A stretch of 64,000 nt of DNA from positions 785-64,784 of the forward strand of contig JBOFCR010000062.1 of NCBI GenBank assembly GCA_051646165.1, written 5' to 3'. The notes under the pieces are model-generated. The model was not told where the DNA came from, ran no database searches, and saw only the letters and a list, made by a program, of their open reading frames with translations. Source of the DNA: Pseudomonas sp. Its GTDB lineage: Bacteria > Pseudomonadota > Gammaproteobacteria > Pseudomonadales > Pseudomonadaceae. Positions 11,699 through 20,044 of this stretch are shown here, piece by piece. Both the position numbers and the translations under genes were made by a program. Every line of letters starts with the position of its first letter. Position 1 is the first letter of the stretch.

Positions 11699-12970
11699 TT
11701 AAACACAGATGCAGTCATGTGAGGACACCCTAAAGCATGGACTGTGTCGGCCCAGGTGAACTATTGCTTCTCGTGGTGCCAAACGCCTTTGCGGGCAATG
11801 GGTGCACGCGCGACTGGAGGGTGGAAGGGTTTTGTAAGTCGACCCCGGCTGTTTTATCGAGCCGCCACTTCGAACCCAGAGCCTGACATCAGCCCATGAC
11901 TGAAGGTGTCCGTAGGCTGGCTGGTTGTGCTCCGAGCCGTGATGCGGTGCTGTCGCTACTACTGGAAAGTCGGAAGCTGAAGGATTTTTGGCAAGGAAGG
12001 AATTGGCGTATTTTTGGCCATCGCCTAGAGGAGAGTCGCCACAAAAAACAACTCCGAGCCCTTCGTTATCCGATGGAGGTGCTAGAAACGCAAGGCACTC
12101 TTCATTTGCAGGAGACAGGCGAGCCAGGTACGAGAGCATTTGCGGAGGCTGCGGTGGTAGCTCTACCGAGTTTAACGGTTCGAGAAAGCCAGAGTTGCCG
12201 CCTTTTGCCATACGGCTCGATGCGAATGCGCTGTAGTCAAACCAGCGGACGTGTGCGCGGGATAGCAGTGCCTGAGCTGCGATGGCTCGAATTACCTGAG
12301 CCGCATCTAACAATTCCAACCAATAGCTGGCGACCTGTTGGTTGATTATGTTTTTTGCTTGCCGATAACGAACTTGGCGTCGTCCCCATTCAAGTGCCTG
12401 ACCGGCGTACGACATCCGGTACTCGAAATATGTGCGCGAAGGCTCCTCGTACCAGCGACATGCATCTGTAAGCTCGACAAGGTCGTTCCAAGACACAGTA
12501 TTCGCTAATTTTTCCACACCACCTGCTGCTGGCTCGATCCACGGCCGCTCACGGCGGTTTGCTCGCCGTTCTTCAACCGCCATAGTGTCGAAATGGCGGC
12601 TTACATCCTCATGATCCATCCGCAGATGTTTGAGTTCCTCCGGTAATCGGTCCAGCTCCGAAAGAACACCACTTACCGCCGCTTTCGGATTGGTAATGAG
12701 TTCAGGTATTGAGCCTAACCAGGTTCCTGGGAGCCAGAACTCTCCTACATCAAGTCCAGATGCATTGATCAAATTGCATAAGCCACCAGCATGGTCGCGA
12801 TCCGCATGGGTGCAAACCACAATATCGATCTGCTTCAGGTCAGAAGCATGGGTTTTAAGTGCTCTGGATAGGTCAAGGCTGTTGTACCCCCCATCGACAA
12901 GGACTGTCCTATCGCCTCGGCGCAACAGGAACGACTCCCCCTTGATTGGCAGTGCAATAAGCTTGTCCAT
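11699..12970 (-). CDS. Metallo-beta-lactamase-fold hydrolase (ComEC/Rec2-like nuclease fold)
   Basis: VLVDGG, THADRDH, GDSP and PHHGS motifs; RBS AGGGAG; Cys/His-rich tail (CTHC...HDCIC). Confidence 0.8.
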   Translation of the reverse strand: MDKLIALPIKGESFLLRRGDRTVLVDGGYNSLDLSRALKTHASDLKQIDIVVCTHADRDHAGGLCNLINASGLDVGEFWLPGTWLGSIPELITNPKAAVSGVLSELDRLPEELKHLRMDHEDVSRHFDTMAVEERRANRRERPWIEPAAGGVEKLANTVSWNDLVELTDACRWYEEPSRTYFEYRMSYAGQALEWGRRQVRYRQAKNIINQQVASYWLELLDAAQVIRAIAAQALLSRAHVRWFDYSAFASSRMAKGGNSGFLEPLNSVELPPQPPQMLSYLARLSPANEECLAFLAPPSDNEGLGVVFCGDSPLGDGQKYANSFLAKNPSASDFPVVATAPHHGSEHNQPAYGHLQSWADVRLWVRSGGSIKQPGSTYKTLPPSSRACTHCPQRRLAPREAIVHLGRHSPCFRVSSHDCICV

Positions 12971-13222
12971 CTGAACTCCCTTTCATGCTTCGGTTGTGAG
13001 GGCAAATATGCCCTTCTGTGTTAACCGCGGAAAGCTAATTGTCTGGCTGTATACTATTGGATAGACTGCTGCCCGGCGCCTGCCCAACTTGCACACGAGT
13101 TAAAAAAGGCATTTTGTTCTCCGCTCACTTTCTCTTCAGCTAGAGACCCTCCAAAGCCTGCACGTCCGGGGCTTAAACGTGTGCCGACTGCTCCGAGTAC
13201 GTCAGGCGATGAGGATGGTTTC

Positions 13223-14404
13223 ATGGCTATCAAAGCATTCGTCTACACCACCAAGCACCAGCTTGAGGCTGCCACCCAGCAGTCGTTTCGTCATACTCAT
13301 GTCTACGAGCTACTTGCGGCGAGTTTTGGGTTTAACTCCAATGCTGCCTTGAGCGCGGCTCACGTCTTTGCAGCAATGGGTCAGGCATATCAACCGTCAA
13401 CTACTTCGCTCGGCGCGCTCCATAAACGTTTGGTTGAGCTGGGGTACCAAGAGATTGCTGACCTGGCTGGAGCCGAATTGCTGAAAGTAATTGCCGAACG
13501 CCGCCTGGGGGCAGTTACGGTTGAGTCAGTGATTGATGCGTTGCGGGGCGACCACTGGGAGTACCCAGATGAATGGCGGGAGAGTGACGACGAGGATGAC
13601 CCCTTGGAGTCTGAGGTCTTCAGCAGCGCATCTCCGAGCATTGATCTCGACGATGTCGGACTGCTGGTTGATAGCCTGAGCGGGGCGGCTGCCAAAGGGA
13701 GTGCGGCAGCCCACTACGCGCTTGCACTTATATATAGAGGGGATGACCTCGACGAAGAGGTAGGTTCGGCTTACTGGCATTCACTGATGGAGCAAGGTCG
13801 CGAGCTGGAGGGGGTGCAGCTTGAATGGGCCATGGCCTACCAGAACGGAATGGTCAACGCTGAGCGGGAGGCTTTGCACTTGAAAGAGGCTGCTCGCCTG
13901 GGGTGGTCGGATGCCAGATTGGATATCGCTCTTGAGTGCGCCGAGCATGCTGAAAAGCAAGGTGATCTTGAGCAAGCCCAGTATTGGTATAAGGAAGCTG
14001 CGCTCTTGGGTGATATCGAGGCAATGCGTACATTAGCTTGGCTGGCAGAGGACGCCGATGATCTGGAGTCTGCAAAGCATTGGAGCCATCAGGCCGCTTT
14101 GCTTGGGGACACCGATGCCATGCGTGCGCTGATTGACGACTATGACCAGCGGAACCTGCTCCAGAACTGGGTATGGGTTTATCTATCTGAGCGTCTAGGT
14201 AAGGATCTGCGTGTAAGTACGATGCGTGCCTACCACGATGGAGGTATGTACGCAGGTCAAGAGTACGATGATGACCAGGGTGGCCCGTTGTACGTTGATG
14301 GGGATGAGGGGGTGGAGTTAGAGCCGCTGAGCGTCGAAAATGATGTCGAAGCGAAACGGCTTGCCTACGAGCGTTTCAGCCTTATTCAGCCATCAGGCCG
14401 GTAG
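13223..14404 (+). CDS. Acidic Sel1/TPR-like repeat protein with a small N-terminal helical domain
   Basis: Repeats such as AQYWYKEAALLGDIEAMRTLA and AKHWSHQAALLGDTDAMRAL; ATG 13223 preceded by GAGGA. Confidence 0.75.
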   Translation: MAIKAFVYTTKHQLEAATQQSFRHTHVYELLAASFGFNSNAALSAAHVFAAMGQAYQPSTTSLGALHKRLVELGYQEIADLAGAELLKVIAERRLGAVTVESVIDALRGDHWEYPDEWRESDDEDDPLESEVFSSASPSIDLDDVGLLVDSLSGAAAKGSAAAHYALALIYRGDDLDEEVGSAYWHSLMEQGRELEGVQLEWAMAYQNGMVNAEREALHLKEAARLGWSDARLDIALECAEHAEKQGDLEQAQYWYKEAALLGDIEAMRTLAWLAEDADDLESAKHWSHQAALLGDTDAMRALIDDYDQRNLLQNWVWVYLSERLGKDLRVSTMRAYHDGGMYAGQEYDDDQGGPLYVDGDEGVELEPLSVENDVEAKRLAYERFSLIQPSGR

Positions 14405-14416
14405 GTTGCGGAAAGC

Positions 14417-14542
14417 GACATTAATTAGAGTCAGAATGCTGGAAATGGACATTAATTACGGTCCAAAAGCGACATTTGAAGCGCCCACAATCTGTCTGTA
14501 ACCCCCGTTTTTTCTGAGGGGGCAGCGACACTTAATGTGCCC
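14417..14542 (+). repeat. Four putative transposase (TnsB-like) binding sites in the distal end
   Basis: GACATTAATTAGAGTC (14417), GACATTAATTACGGTC (14448), GACATTTGAAGCGCCC (14471), GACACTTAATGTGCCC (14527). Confidence 0.75.
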
Positions 14543-14574
14543 GTCGACATCCAGTCAGCTGGTTCGCTACATAG

Positions 14575-14606
14575 AAAACCCCGGCCAAGTGCCGGGGTTT
14601 TTCTTT
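14575..14606 (+). terminator. Native gyrB terminator, displaced ~9.2 kb by the insertion
   Basis: AAAACCCCGGC-caagt-GCCGGGGTTTT then TCTTT, 20 bp after the right TSD. Confidence 0.82.
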
Positions 14607-14642
14607 GCGGTCATAACCGGATTTGCTGGCTTACAGAGCAGG

Positions 14643-14710
14643 TATAGCGAAAGGCTTACACAAGATGGCGCAATGAGAGTCTGTCGCAACTAGGTCGTGC
14701 TGACTAATAT
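14643..14710 (+). promoter_or_regulatory. Putative GacA-type upstream element and -10 box of the sRNA
   Basis: CTTACA half-sites at 14630 and 14655; the 18-mer 14643-14660 is a partial match to TGTAAGNNATNNCTTACA about 57-74 bp before the inferred start; TAATAT at 14705-14710. Confidence 0.45.
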
Positions 14711-14715
14711 GACAA

Positions 14716-14820
14716 CCACACCGGCACAGGATGTTCCGGAGTCAAGGAAGACAGACCGCGCCAGGATGGCAGACGACAGGATGTCGGAAGGTCAAAAAAA
14801 CCCGCCTCGGCGGGTTTTTT
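14716..14820 (+). ncRNA. RsmX/RsmY-type (CsrA/RsmA-sequestering) small RNA; 5' end approximate
   Basis: Six GGA motifs in ~70 nt, several in hairpin loops (GCCA-GGA-TGGC, CGACA-GGA-TGTCG, ACA-GGA-TGT), followed by terminator AAAAAACCCGCC-tc-GGCGGGTTTTTT. Confidence 0.8.
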
Positions 14821-14874
14821 GTTGCCTGCCATTCCATGGCGGCAACCCTTCGGGCCGTCGCCGGAGGCAACGTC

Positions 14875-14897
14875 AAAAATGGCTCCCGGCCATTTTT
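14875..14897 (-). terminator. Hairpin at the 3' end of the ynb-like operon
   Basis: AAAAATGGC-tcccg-GCCATTTTT. Confidence 0.55.
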
Positions 14898-14921
14898 TGT
14901 TGCCTGCGGAAAAGTGGGCTC

Positions 14922-15854
14922 TCAAGCCCACCAGTAGCGTACGAAGTGAAAGAAGATCGGCGCTGCGAAGCACACTGAGTCCATCCGGTCGAGCATGCCG
15001 CCGTGGCCTTCGATCATGTGGCCCCAGTCCTTCACTCCGCGGTCACGCTTGATTGCTGACATCACCAAGCCACCGGCGAAGCCCAGCAGGTTGACGGTCA
15101 GCGCCATCAATGCGGCCTGCCAGAAGCTGAATGGGGTGATCCAGCACAGCAGAGCGCCGACCAGCGTGGCCAGTGCCACGCCGCCGACAAAGCCTTCCAC
15201 AGTCTTCGAAGGCGACAGCTTGGGAGCGATCTTGTGTTTGCCAGCCAGCTTGCCGCAGACGTACTGCAGCACGTCCGACAGCTGCACGACGATGATCAGC
15301 CAGGCGATCAGCAGCAGGTTGCGCCCTTCATAGCCGGGAATCTCCAGGGTCAGCAGCGCCGGCACCATGGACACGCAGTACACCGCGATCATCAGGCCCC
15401 ACTGCACCTTCGATGCACGCTCAAGGAAGCGTGTGGTATCGCCGCCCAGCGAAGCCAGGATCGGCAGCAGGAGGAACAGGTAGACCGGGATGAAGATGCT
15501 GAACAGGCCGTACCAGTCTATGGAGATCAGCAGGTACTGCATCGGCAGGGCGAAGTAGAAGGCAGCGACCAGCGCCGGGTAGTCGCTGCGTCGAGTCGGG
15601 GTGAGCGTCATGAATTCGCGCAAGGCGTAGAACGACACGCCGTAGAACAGCAGCACCACGCCGTTCTTGCCGAAAGCGAAAGCGACACCGATCACTAGCA
15701 CCATCACCCACCAGGCATCGATGCGTGCATTGAGGTTGTCGATCACCGAGTTGGGGGTATCACCGGCGCGGCGTTTGAGCACGCGGCCGATCAGGCTGGC
15801 CAGCAGCAGGACGGCGCCGATGCCGGCGAACAACAGCAGGGTATTACGATCCAT
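14922..15854 (-). CDS. ynbB: Phosphatidate cytidylyltransferase family (YnbB-like)
   Basis: SPSKTVEG, KRDRGVKDWG, GHGGMLDRMDS CTP_transf_1 motifs. Confidence 0.88.
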   Translation of the reverse strand: MDRNTLLLFAGIGAVLLLASLIGRVLKRRAGDTPNSVIDNLNARIDAWWVMVLVIGVAFAFGKNGVVLLFYGVSFYALREFMTLTPTRRSDYPALVAAFYFALPMQYLLISIDWYGLFSIFIPVYLFLLLPILASLGGDTTRFLERASKVQWGLMIAVYCVSMVPALLTLEIPGYEGRNLLLIAWLIIVVQLSDVLQYVCGKLAGKHKIAPKLSPSKTVEGFVGGVALATLVGALLCWITPFSFWQAALMALTVNLLGFAGGLVMSAIKRDRGVKDWGHMIEGHGGMLDRMDSVCFAAPIFFHFVRYWWA

Positions 15855-15855
15855 C

Positions 15856-16485
15856 TCAGACTTCCTCCGGTGCCAGGGCCAGCAGGGCGTTGCGCGCGCG
15901 TTCGAGGAATGCCGTCTTGGCTTCCCCGTCGACAGGCTCCAGCGCTGCGCCGAAGCTCAGGGTGCACAACAGCGGCAGGGGCAGTGCCCTGCCCTTGGGC
16001 ATTACGCGGTTGAGGTTGGCGATCCACACCGGGATCAGCTCGACTTGTGGGTTGGCCTGGGCCAGGTGGTACAGGCCGCTCTTGAATGGCAGCAGCGGCT
16101 CATCGCCAAGGTTGCGCGTGCCTTCTGGGAAGATGATCAGCGAGTCGCTCTGCTCAAGCGCATCGAGCATCGGCTGCAATGGGTTGTGCTCCGGGTTGCT
16201 GCGGTCGCGGTCGACCAGCACGCCGTTGAACACATCGTTGATCAGGAAGCTGCGCAGGCCGCCCTTCTGCCAGTAATCGGCGCCAGCCACCGGACGGGTG
16301 CTACGGCGCAGTTCGGCGGGTAGCGAGGCCCACAGCAGCACGAAATCGCCGTGGCTGCTGTGATTGGCGTAATACAGCCGTTGCACCGGTTGCGCGGTGC
16401 TACCCAGCCACAGGGCGCGAGCCCCGGTGAGCAGACGCGCCGCCGAGGTAATGGCGAAGGCGGTTAGTGAAGCGAGCATGGACAA
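15856..16485 (-). CDS. Lysophospholipid acyltransferase family protein
   Basis: ANHSSHGD (HX4D) and FPEGTR motifs. Confidence 0.88.
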   Translation of the reverse strand: MSMLASLTAFAITSAARLLTGARALWLGSTAQPVQRLYYANHSSHGDFVLLWASLPAELRRSTRPVAGADYWQKGGLRSFLINDVFNGVLVDRDRSNPEHNPLQPMLDALEQSDSLIIFPEGTRNLGDEPLLPFKSGLYHLAQANPQVELIPVWIANLNRVMPKGRALPLPLLCTLSFGAALEPVDGEAKTAFLERARNALLALAPEEV

Positions 16486-16488
16486 CTC

Positions 16489-16932
16489 CTATCCAGCGAA
16501 GGAAAACCACGGCACGACCAGGATCATGATCAGTGCCAGCAATAGTTGGGCGGCCAGCCACAGCCCCTGCATGCGCAGCAGGCGGCGGGCGCCGCGGATG
16601 CGTGCGTCCCACGGGCGGGCGGTTTGGCTGGCGGGCTGCAGGCGCAGTTCGACCAGGGCGCTATCGAGTTCGGCAATGCGTGCCTCGCGTTGCAGCGGGT
16701 CGGCCGCCAGCGCGGCAAACAGCTCGGCATCCAGGGCTGAGCGAATCGCCCAGTATTTCTGCGCAAGGCCGAACAGGATCAGCAGCACGCACGGCAGAGC
16801 CATCAGCAGATTGCCGCGTCCGATCAGCATGGGCAGAAGACCGCCGGCCAGGCCTAGCAGGGTCAGCCCGGTGGACAATTGGTCGAGCTGACGACCACGG
16901 CGCAGCAGGCCGGTGATCAGCAGCAGGGACAT
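16489..16932 (-). CDS. Membrane protein of the ynb-like cluster
   Basis: Hydrophobic helices; tightly packed between neighbours; ATG at 16932. Confidence 0.7.
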   Translation of the reverse strand: MSLLLITGLLRRGRQLDQLSTGLTLLGLAGGLLPMLIGRGNLLMALPCVLLILFGLAQKYWAIRSALDAELFAALAADPLQREARIAELDSALVELRLQPASQTARPWDARIRGARRLLRMQGLWLAAQLLLALIMILVVPWFSFAG

Positions 16933-16933
16933 C

Positions 16934-18280
16934 TCAGAGACCATGAACCACCTCGTGGACTGTGGGTTGCTGTTCCGGTTGCCGCAGCAGTGCCAGGGTC
17001 TGTCGGTGCGCCTCGCCCAGGACGATCTGCGGGCGCGCCTGGCGAATTCGTTGCAGCGCCTGGTCGACATCCTGGCAACCGCCGTACTGCAGCAGCCATG
17101 CCGCGATGGCGCAGGCGCTGCGTGAATAACCCAGGGCGCAGCAGACCAGCAGCGGGCCCTGCTGACGCAGCTGTTCGATGGCTGCGGCGGCCTGCAGGCA
17201 GTCCGCTGTGCTGGGCGTGGTCAGATCCAGCACCGGCAGGTTGCGATAGGCTTGGCCACGGCTGCGCAGCGGTAGCTCGGCACACAGGTCGAGCACTGCG
17301 GCGAAGGGCTGCAAGTCAGCGGCTGCAGGCAAGCGGCCCAGCCAGATGCCAGGGCAGACCTGGTCGGCCTGCGGATACTTGCGTGTCCATAGCCGCGAGT
17401 TGAGCCAGGCAGAGGCCAGATAAGGTGCAAACAGCCACTGGGCGGCGATGCTGAGGGAGCCATCTGCCTGCTTCTGGAAGCCACCAGCGCCAAGCAGCGC
17501 ATAGTTCAGCGCGACCAGTAGCAGCGAAGTGCACGGCCATAGCAGCCACAGCCAGGCACCCCCGAGATTGACTGCCAGCGCTGCGCAGATGGCACTGCCC
17601 AGCCCGTAGCGCAGGGCCAGGCGCCAGCGCTGCGGTTCGCGTGTCAGGCGCAGCTGCTGCAGCGGGCTGTGGCCCTCGACCGGCCACAGCCAGACGCAGA
17701 GCAGGCCGGCCAAGGCTCCAGTCGGCACGTCGATGAAGTGATGCTGCCAGGTGGTCAGCACCGACAGGCCGATCAGCGCCATCCAGCTGTGCAGCAGGCC
17801 GCGCAACAGCAGGCCACGGGTGTGCCGGGCGAACATCGTCCAGATCACCACCAGCAGGGCGATATGCAGCGAAGGCGCCTGGTTGAAAGGTTTGTCGAAG
17901 CCCATCAGCACATCGAACATCCAGCCGAAGAAACCACTCAGCTCCGGTCGCTCGAAGGTGAAACGCAGCGGCCAGAGCAGGAAGCAGGCGATGCAGATCA
18001 GCTGGGCGCTGAGCAGGCGCAGGCCGTGCCGATCCATCTCCCGGCGGCTGGCCGGGAGCAGGAAGGACAGGCCGTAGAGCAGGTCGATCGACCAGTAGGG
18101 CACGATGCTCCAGGGCCACAGCGGGGTCTGGCCTTCCCAGGCGAACACCAGGCTGCCGACATCGTCGCGCTGACCGCTCAGCCAGTTGGCGAAGCTGTAG
18201 CTGGTGAAGAACAGCGGGGCCAGCAGCAATAGCCAGAGAACCCCGCGCTTCCATAATCCTGGCTCGCGGGCGGACTCCAT
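16934..18280 (-). CDS. ynbD: PAP2-like + dual-specificity phosphatase (YnbD-like)
   Basis: APSLHI and HHFIDV PAP2-like motifs; C-terminal CCALGYSRS (CX5R). Confidence 0.85.
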   Translation of the reverse strand: MESAREPGLWKRGVLWLLLLAPLFFTSYSFANWLSGQRDDVGSLVFAWEGQTPLWPWSIVPYWSIDLLYGLSFLLPASRREMDRHGLRLLSAQLICIACFLLWPLRFTFERPELSGFFGWMFDVLMGFDKPFNQAPSLHIALLVVIWTMFARHTRGLLLRGLLHSWMALIGLSVLTTWQHHFIDVPTGALAGLLCVWLWPVEGHSPLQQLRLTREPQRWRLALRYGLGSAICAALAVNLGGAWLWLLWPCTSLLLVALNYALLGAGGFQKQADGSLSIAAQWLFAPYLASAWLNSRLWTRKYPQADQVCPGIWLGRLPAAADLQPFAAVLDLCAELPLRSRGQAYRNLPVLDLTTPSTADCLQAAAAIEQLRQQGPLLVCCALGYSRSACAIAAWLLQYGGCQDVDQALQRIRQARPQIVLGEAHRQTLALLRQPEQQPTVHEVVHGL

Positions 18281-20034
18281 CAGGACACCCGCTGGGCCAG
18301 GGACACGCTGAATATGCCCCATTCGTCGATGCGTTGTTCCAGCTTGCGGAAGCCGGCGGCCGCCACCAACTGGTCCATTTCCGCCTGGCTGCGGCGGCGC
18401 ATGACCCAGGGCTGGCCTTCACGGTGGCTGGTCAGGGCGCGGGCGATCAGTTCCAGCTGCGGGTGCCAGGGCTGGCCGGTATAGATCAGGTAGCCGCCCT
18501 CCTCGACCGCTGCCGCCAGGCCGGCCAGCGAGTCGCCGACCATCTGGTTGCTGCCGAACAACTCGTACAGCCCGGAGACCACCGCCAGGCTCGGCTTGGG
18601 CTCAAGCGCGGCCAGGTCGGCCTTGTCGAAGGCGTCGCCTTTGATAAAGCGGGCGATCTCGCCCAGGCCTTTCTGCTCAATCAGCGCGCTGCCGTCGCGC
18701 ACGTTGATCTCGCTGTAGTCGCGCAGCAGGATCGAGTCCGGCTTGTGCTCCAGGCCTTCCAGCGATTCGAGGATGTAGCGGCCGTGGCCAGCGGCGATAT
18801 CGACGATGCGCACGGCCTTGCCCGCCTCGCGCAGCTTGCCCATGGCCAGGCGCAGCAGTTCTTCGGCGTGCAACTTGCGCTGGCGAATGCCGCGCCAGCC
18901 GATGGAGTTGAGGTAGTTCTGATCGATCAGCCGGCCCAGCGCGCTTTTGCCGCTTGGGCTGTTGCGATAGACATAGTCCAGGGTGCTGCCGGAGTCGAAG
19001 CCGGTCTCGAAGCCCAGTTTCACGCCGTCGGACAGCCCGCTGCCGAGATTGAGGCCGGCACGGGTGGCGCGCCAGTACAGGTCGGCGAGGGAGTTCTTCG
19101 GCAGCGGCGCGGCCAGCTCCTCGGCTTCGGCGCAGGTGGCGCCGAGGCGGTCGGCATCCAGCAGCGAGGGACGGTTCAGTGGCTCCTCGAAGCTGCGCAG
19201 GATAAAGCGCCGGGCACGCCCCAGAGCATGGGCGCGGTCGCGCTCGCCGAGGGTGTCGTGGAAGAAGCCGGGGAGGATGTGCTTCTCCTTGCGCAGGCTG
19301 CCCAGGCGCTCGAAGAATTGTTCCTGCGGCTTACGGTGCACCACGAAGTCGGCACCGGAGATCAGCAGCTGGGTCGGGATCTGGATCGCCTGGGCATCGG
19401 CCACCACACGGTCGGCGGCTTCGTACAGGCCGAGCAGCATATTCACCGAGATCGGCCGGGTGATCAGCGGATCGTTCTCGAAGGAGCGAATGCGCTCGGG
19501 ATCGTGGCTGAGGAAGCGCGCTTTGACGTAGCTGTTGACGAAGAAGTTGCCGCGCCAGGCGCGCAGCAGCTTGAGGCCGGGCCGGGCGAAGGGCACGTAG
19601 AGCTTGACCTTGAATGCCGGCGAGGCGAGCACCAGGCAGCGAATCTGCGGTGCGTAGTCATGGGCCCAGGTCGACACCACCACGGCTCCGACGCTTTGTG
19701 CCAGCACGGCCATATCTTCGACGGCTACGGCATGGGTTGCCGCGATGTGCTCGATAAAGGTCTGCACGTCGCGCACGCTGGTGGCGAAGCTCGGGCTGTC
19801 GCCACGGGCGCCGGGCGACAGGCCATGGCCACGGGCATCCCAGGCAAAGAAGTCGTAGTCGGGCAGATCCAGCTCGCCCGGCAGATGGGCCATGCGCCCA
19901 CCGTGCTCATGGCCGCGGTGGAACAGCACCACTGCTTTGCGCGGACCTGCTGCGGGTGTGGTGGCCGGCCAGTGGCGATAGAGCAGCTCGACGCCATCGT
20001 GGGTGGTGAAGATGTGGTTCTGAGCTTCGCGCAT
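18280..20034 (-). CDS. ynbC: Bifunctional alpha/beta hydrolase / class I SAM methyltransferase (YnbC-like)
   Basis: HRGHEH, AQSVG nucleophile elbow, DIAAGHGRY SAM-binding motif. Confidence 0.88.
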   Translation of the reverse strand: MREAQNHIFTTHDGVELLYRHWPATTPAAGPRKAVVLFHRGHEHGGRMAHLPGELDLPDYDFFAWDARGHGLSPGARGDSPSFATSVRDVQTFIEHIAATHAVAVEDMAVLAQSVGAVVVSTWAHDYAPQIRCLVLASPAFKVKLYVPFARPGLKLLRAWRGNFFVNSYVKARFLSHDPERIRSFENDPLITRPISVNMLLGLYEAADRVVADAQAIQIPTQLLISGADFVVHRKPQEQFFERLGSLRKEKHILPGFFHDTLGERDRAHALGRARRFILRSFEEPLNRPSLLDADRLGATCAEAEELAAPLPKNSLADLYWRATRAGLNLGSGLSDGVKLGFETGFDSGSTLDYVYRNSPSGKSALGRLIDQNYLNSIGWRGIRQRKLHAEELLRLAMGKLREAGKAVRIVDIAAGHGRYILESLEGLEHKPDSILLRDYSEINVRDGSALIEQKGLGEIARFIKGDAFDKADLAALEPKPSLAVVSGLYELFGSNQMVGDSLAGLAAAVEEGGYLIYTGQPWHPQLELIARALTSHREGQPWVMRRRSQAEMDQLVAAAGFRKLEQRIDEWGIFSVSLAQRVS

Positions 20035-20044
20035 CGAAACGTCC

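Larger units (their letters stand above)
5311..14549. mobile_element. Non-autonomous Tn7-like (TnsB/TniA superfamily) transposon inserted immediately 3' of gyrB, carrying defence-type cargo
   Basis: Termini TGTCGGTGGGCACATTTGATGTC (5311-5333) and reverse complement of 14527-14549 TGTCGACGGGCACATTAAGTGTC (18/23 identical); TGT...ACA ends; TCCAG direct repeat on both sides; iterated 16-bp end sites; visibly less GC-biased cargo; no DDE transposase ORF inside. Confidence 0.85.

Noticed and set aside
14417-14542. Iterated GACATTAATTA-like repeats as a mini CRISPR array
   Set aside because: Repeats are only 16 bp with irregular 23-56 bp periods, no cas genes are present, and the same motif is inverted at 5318-5390; transposase-binding sites explain them better.
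14697-15052. Short ORFs in the 14.7-15.0 kb interval
   Set aside because: They overlap the GGA-rich sRNA, its terminator and neighbouring hairpins; no RBS or protein-like composition.
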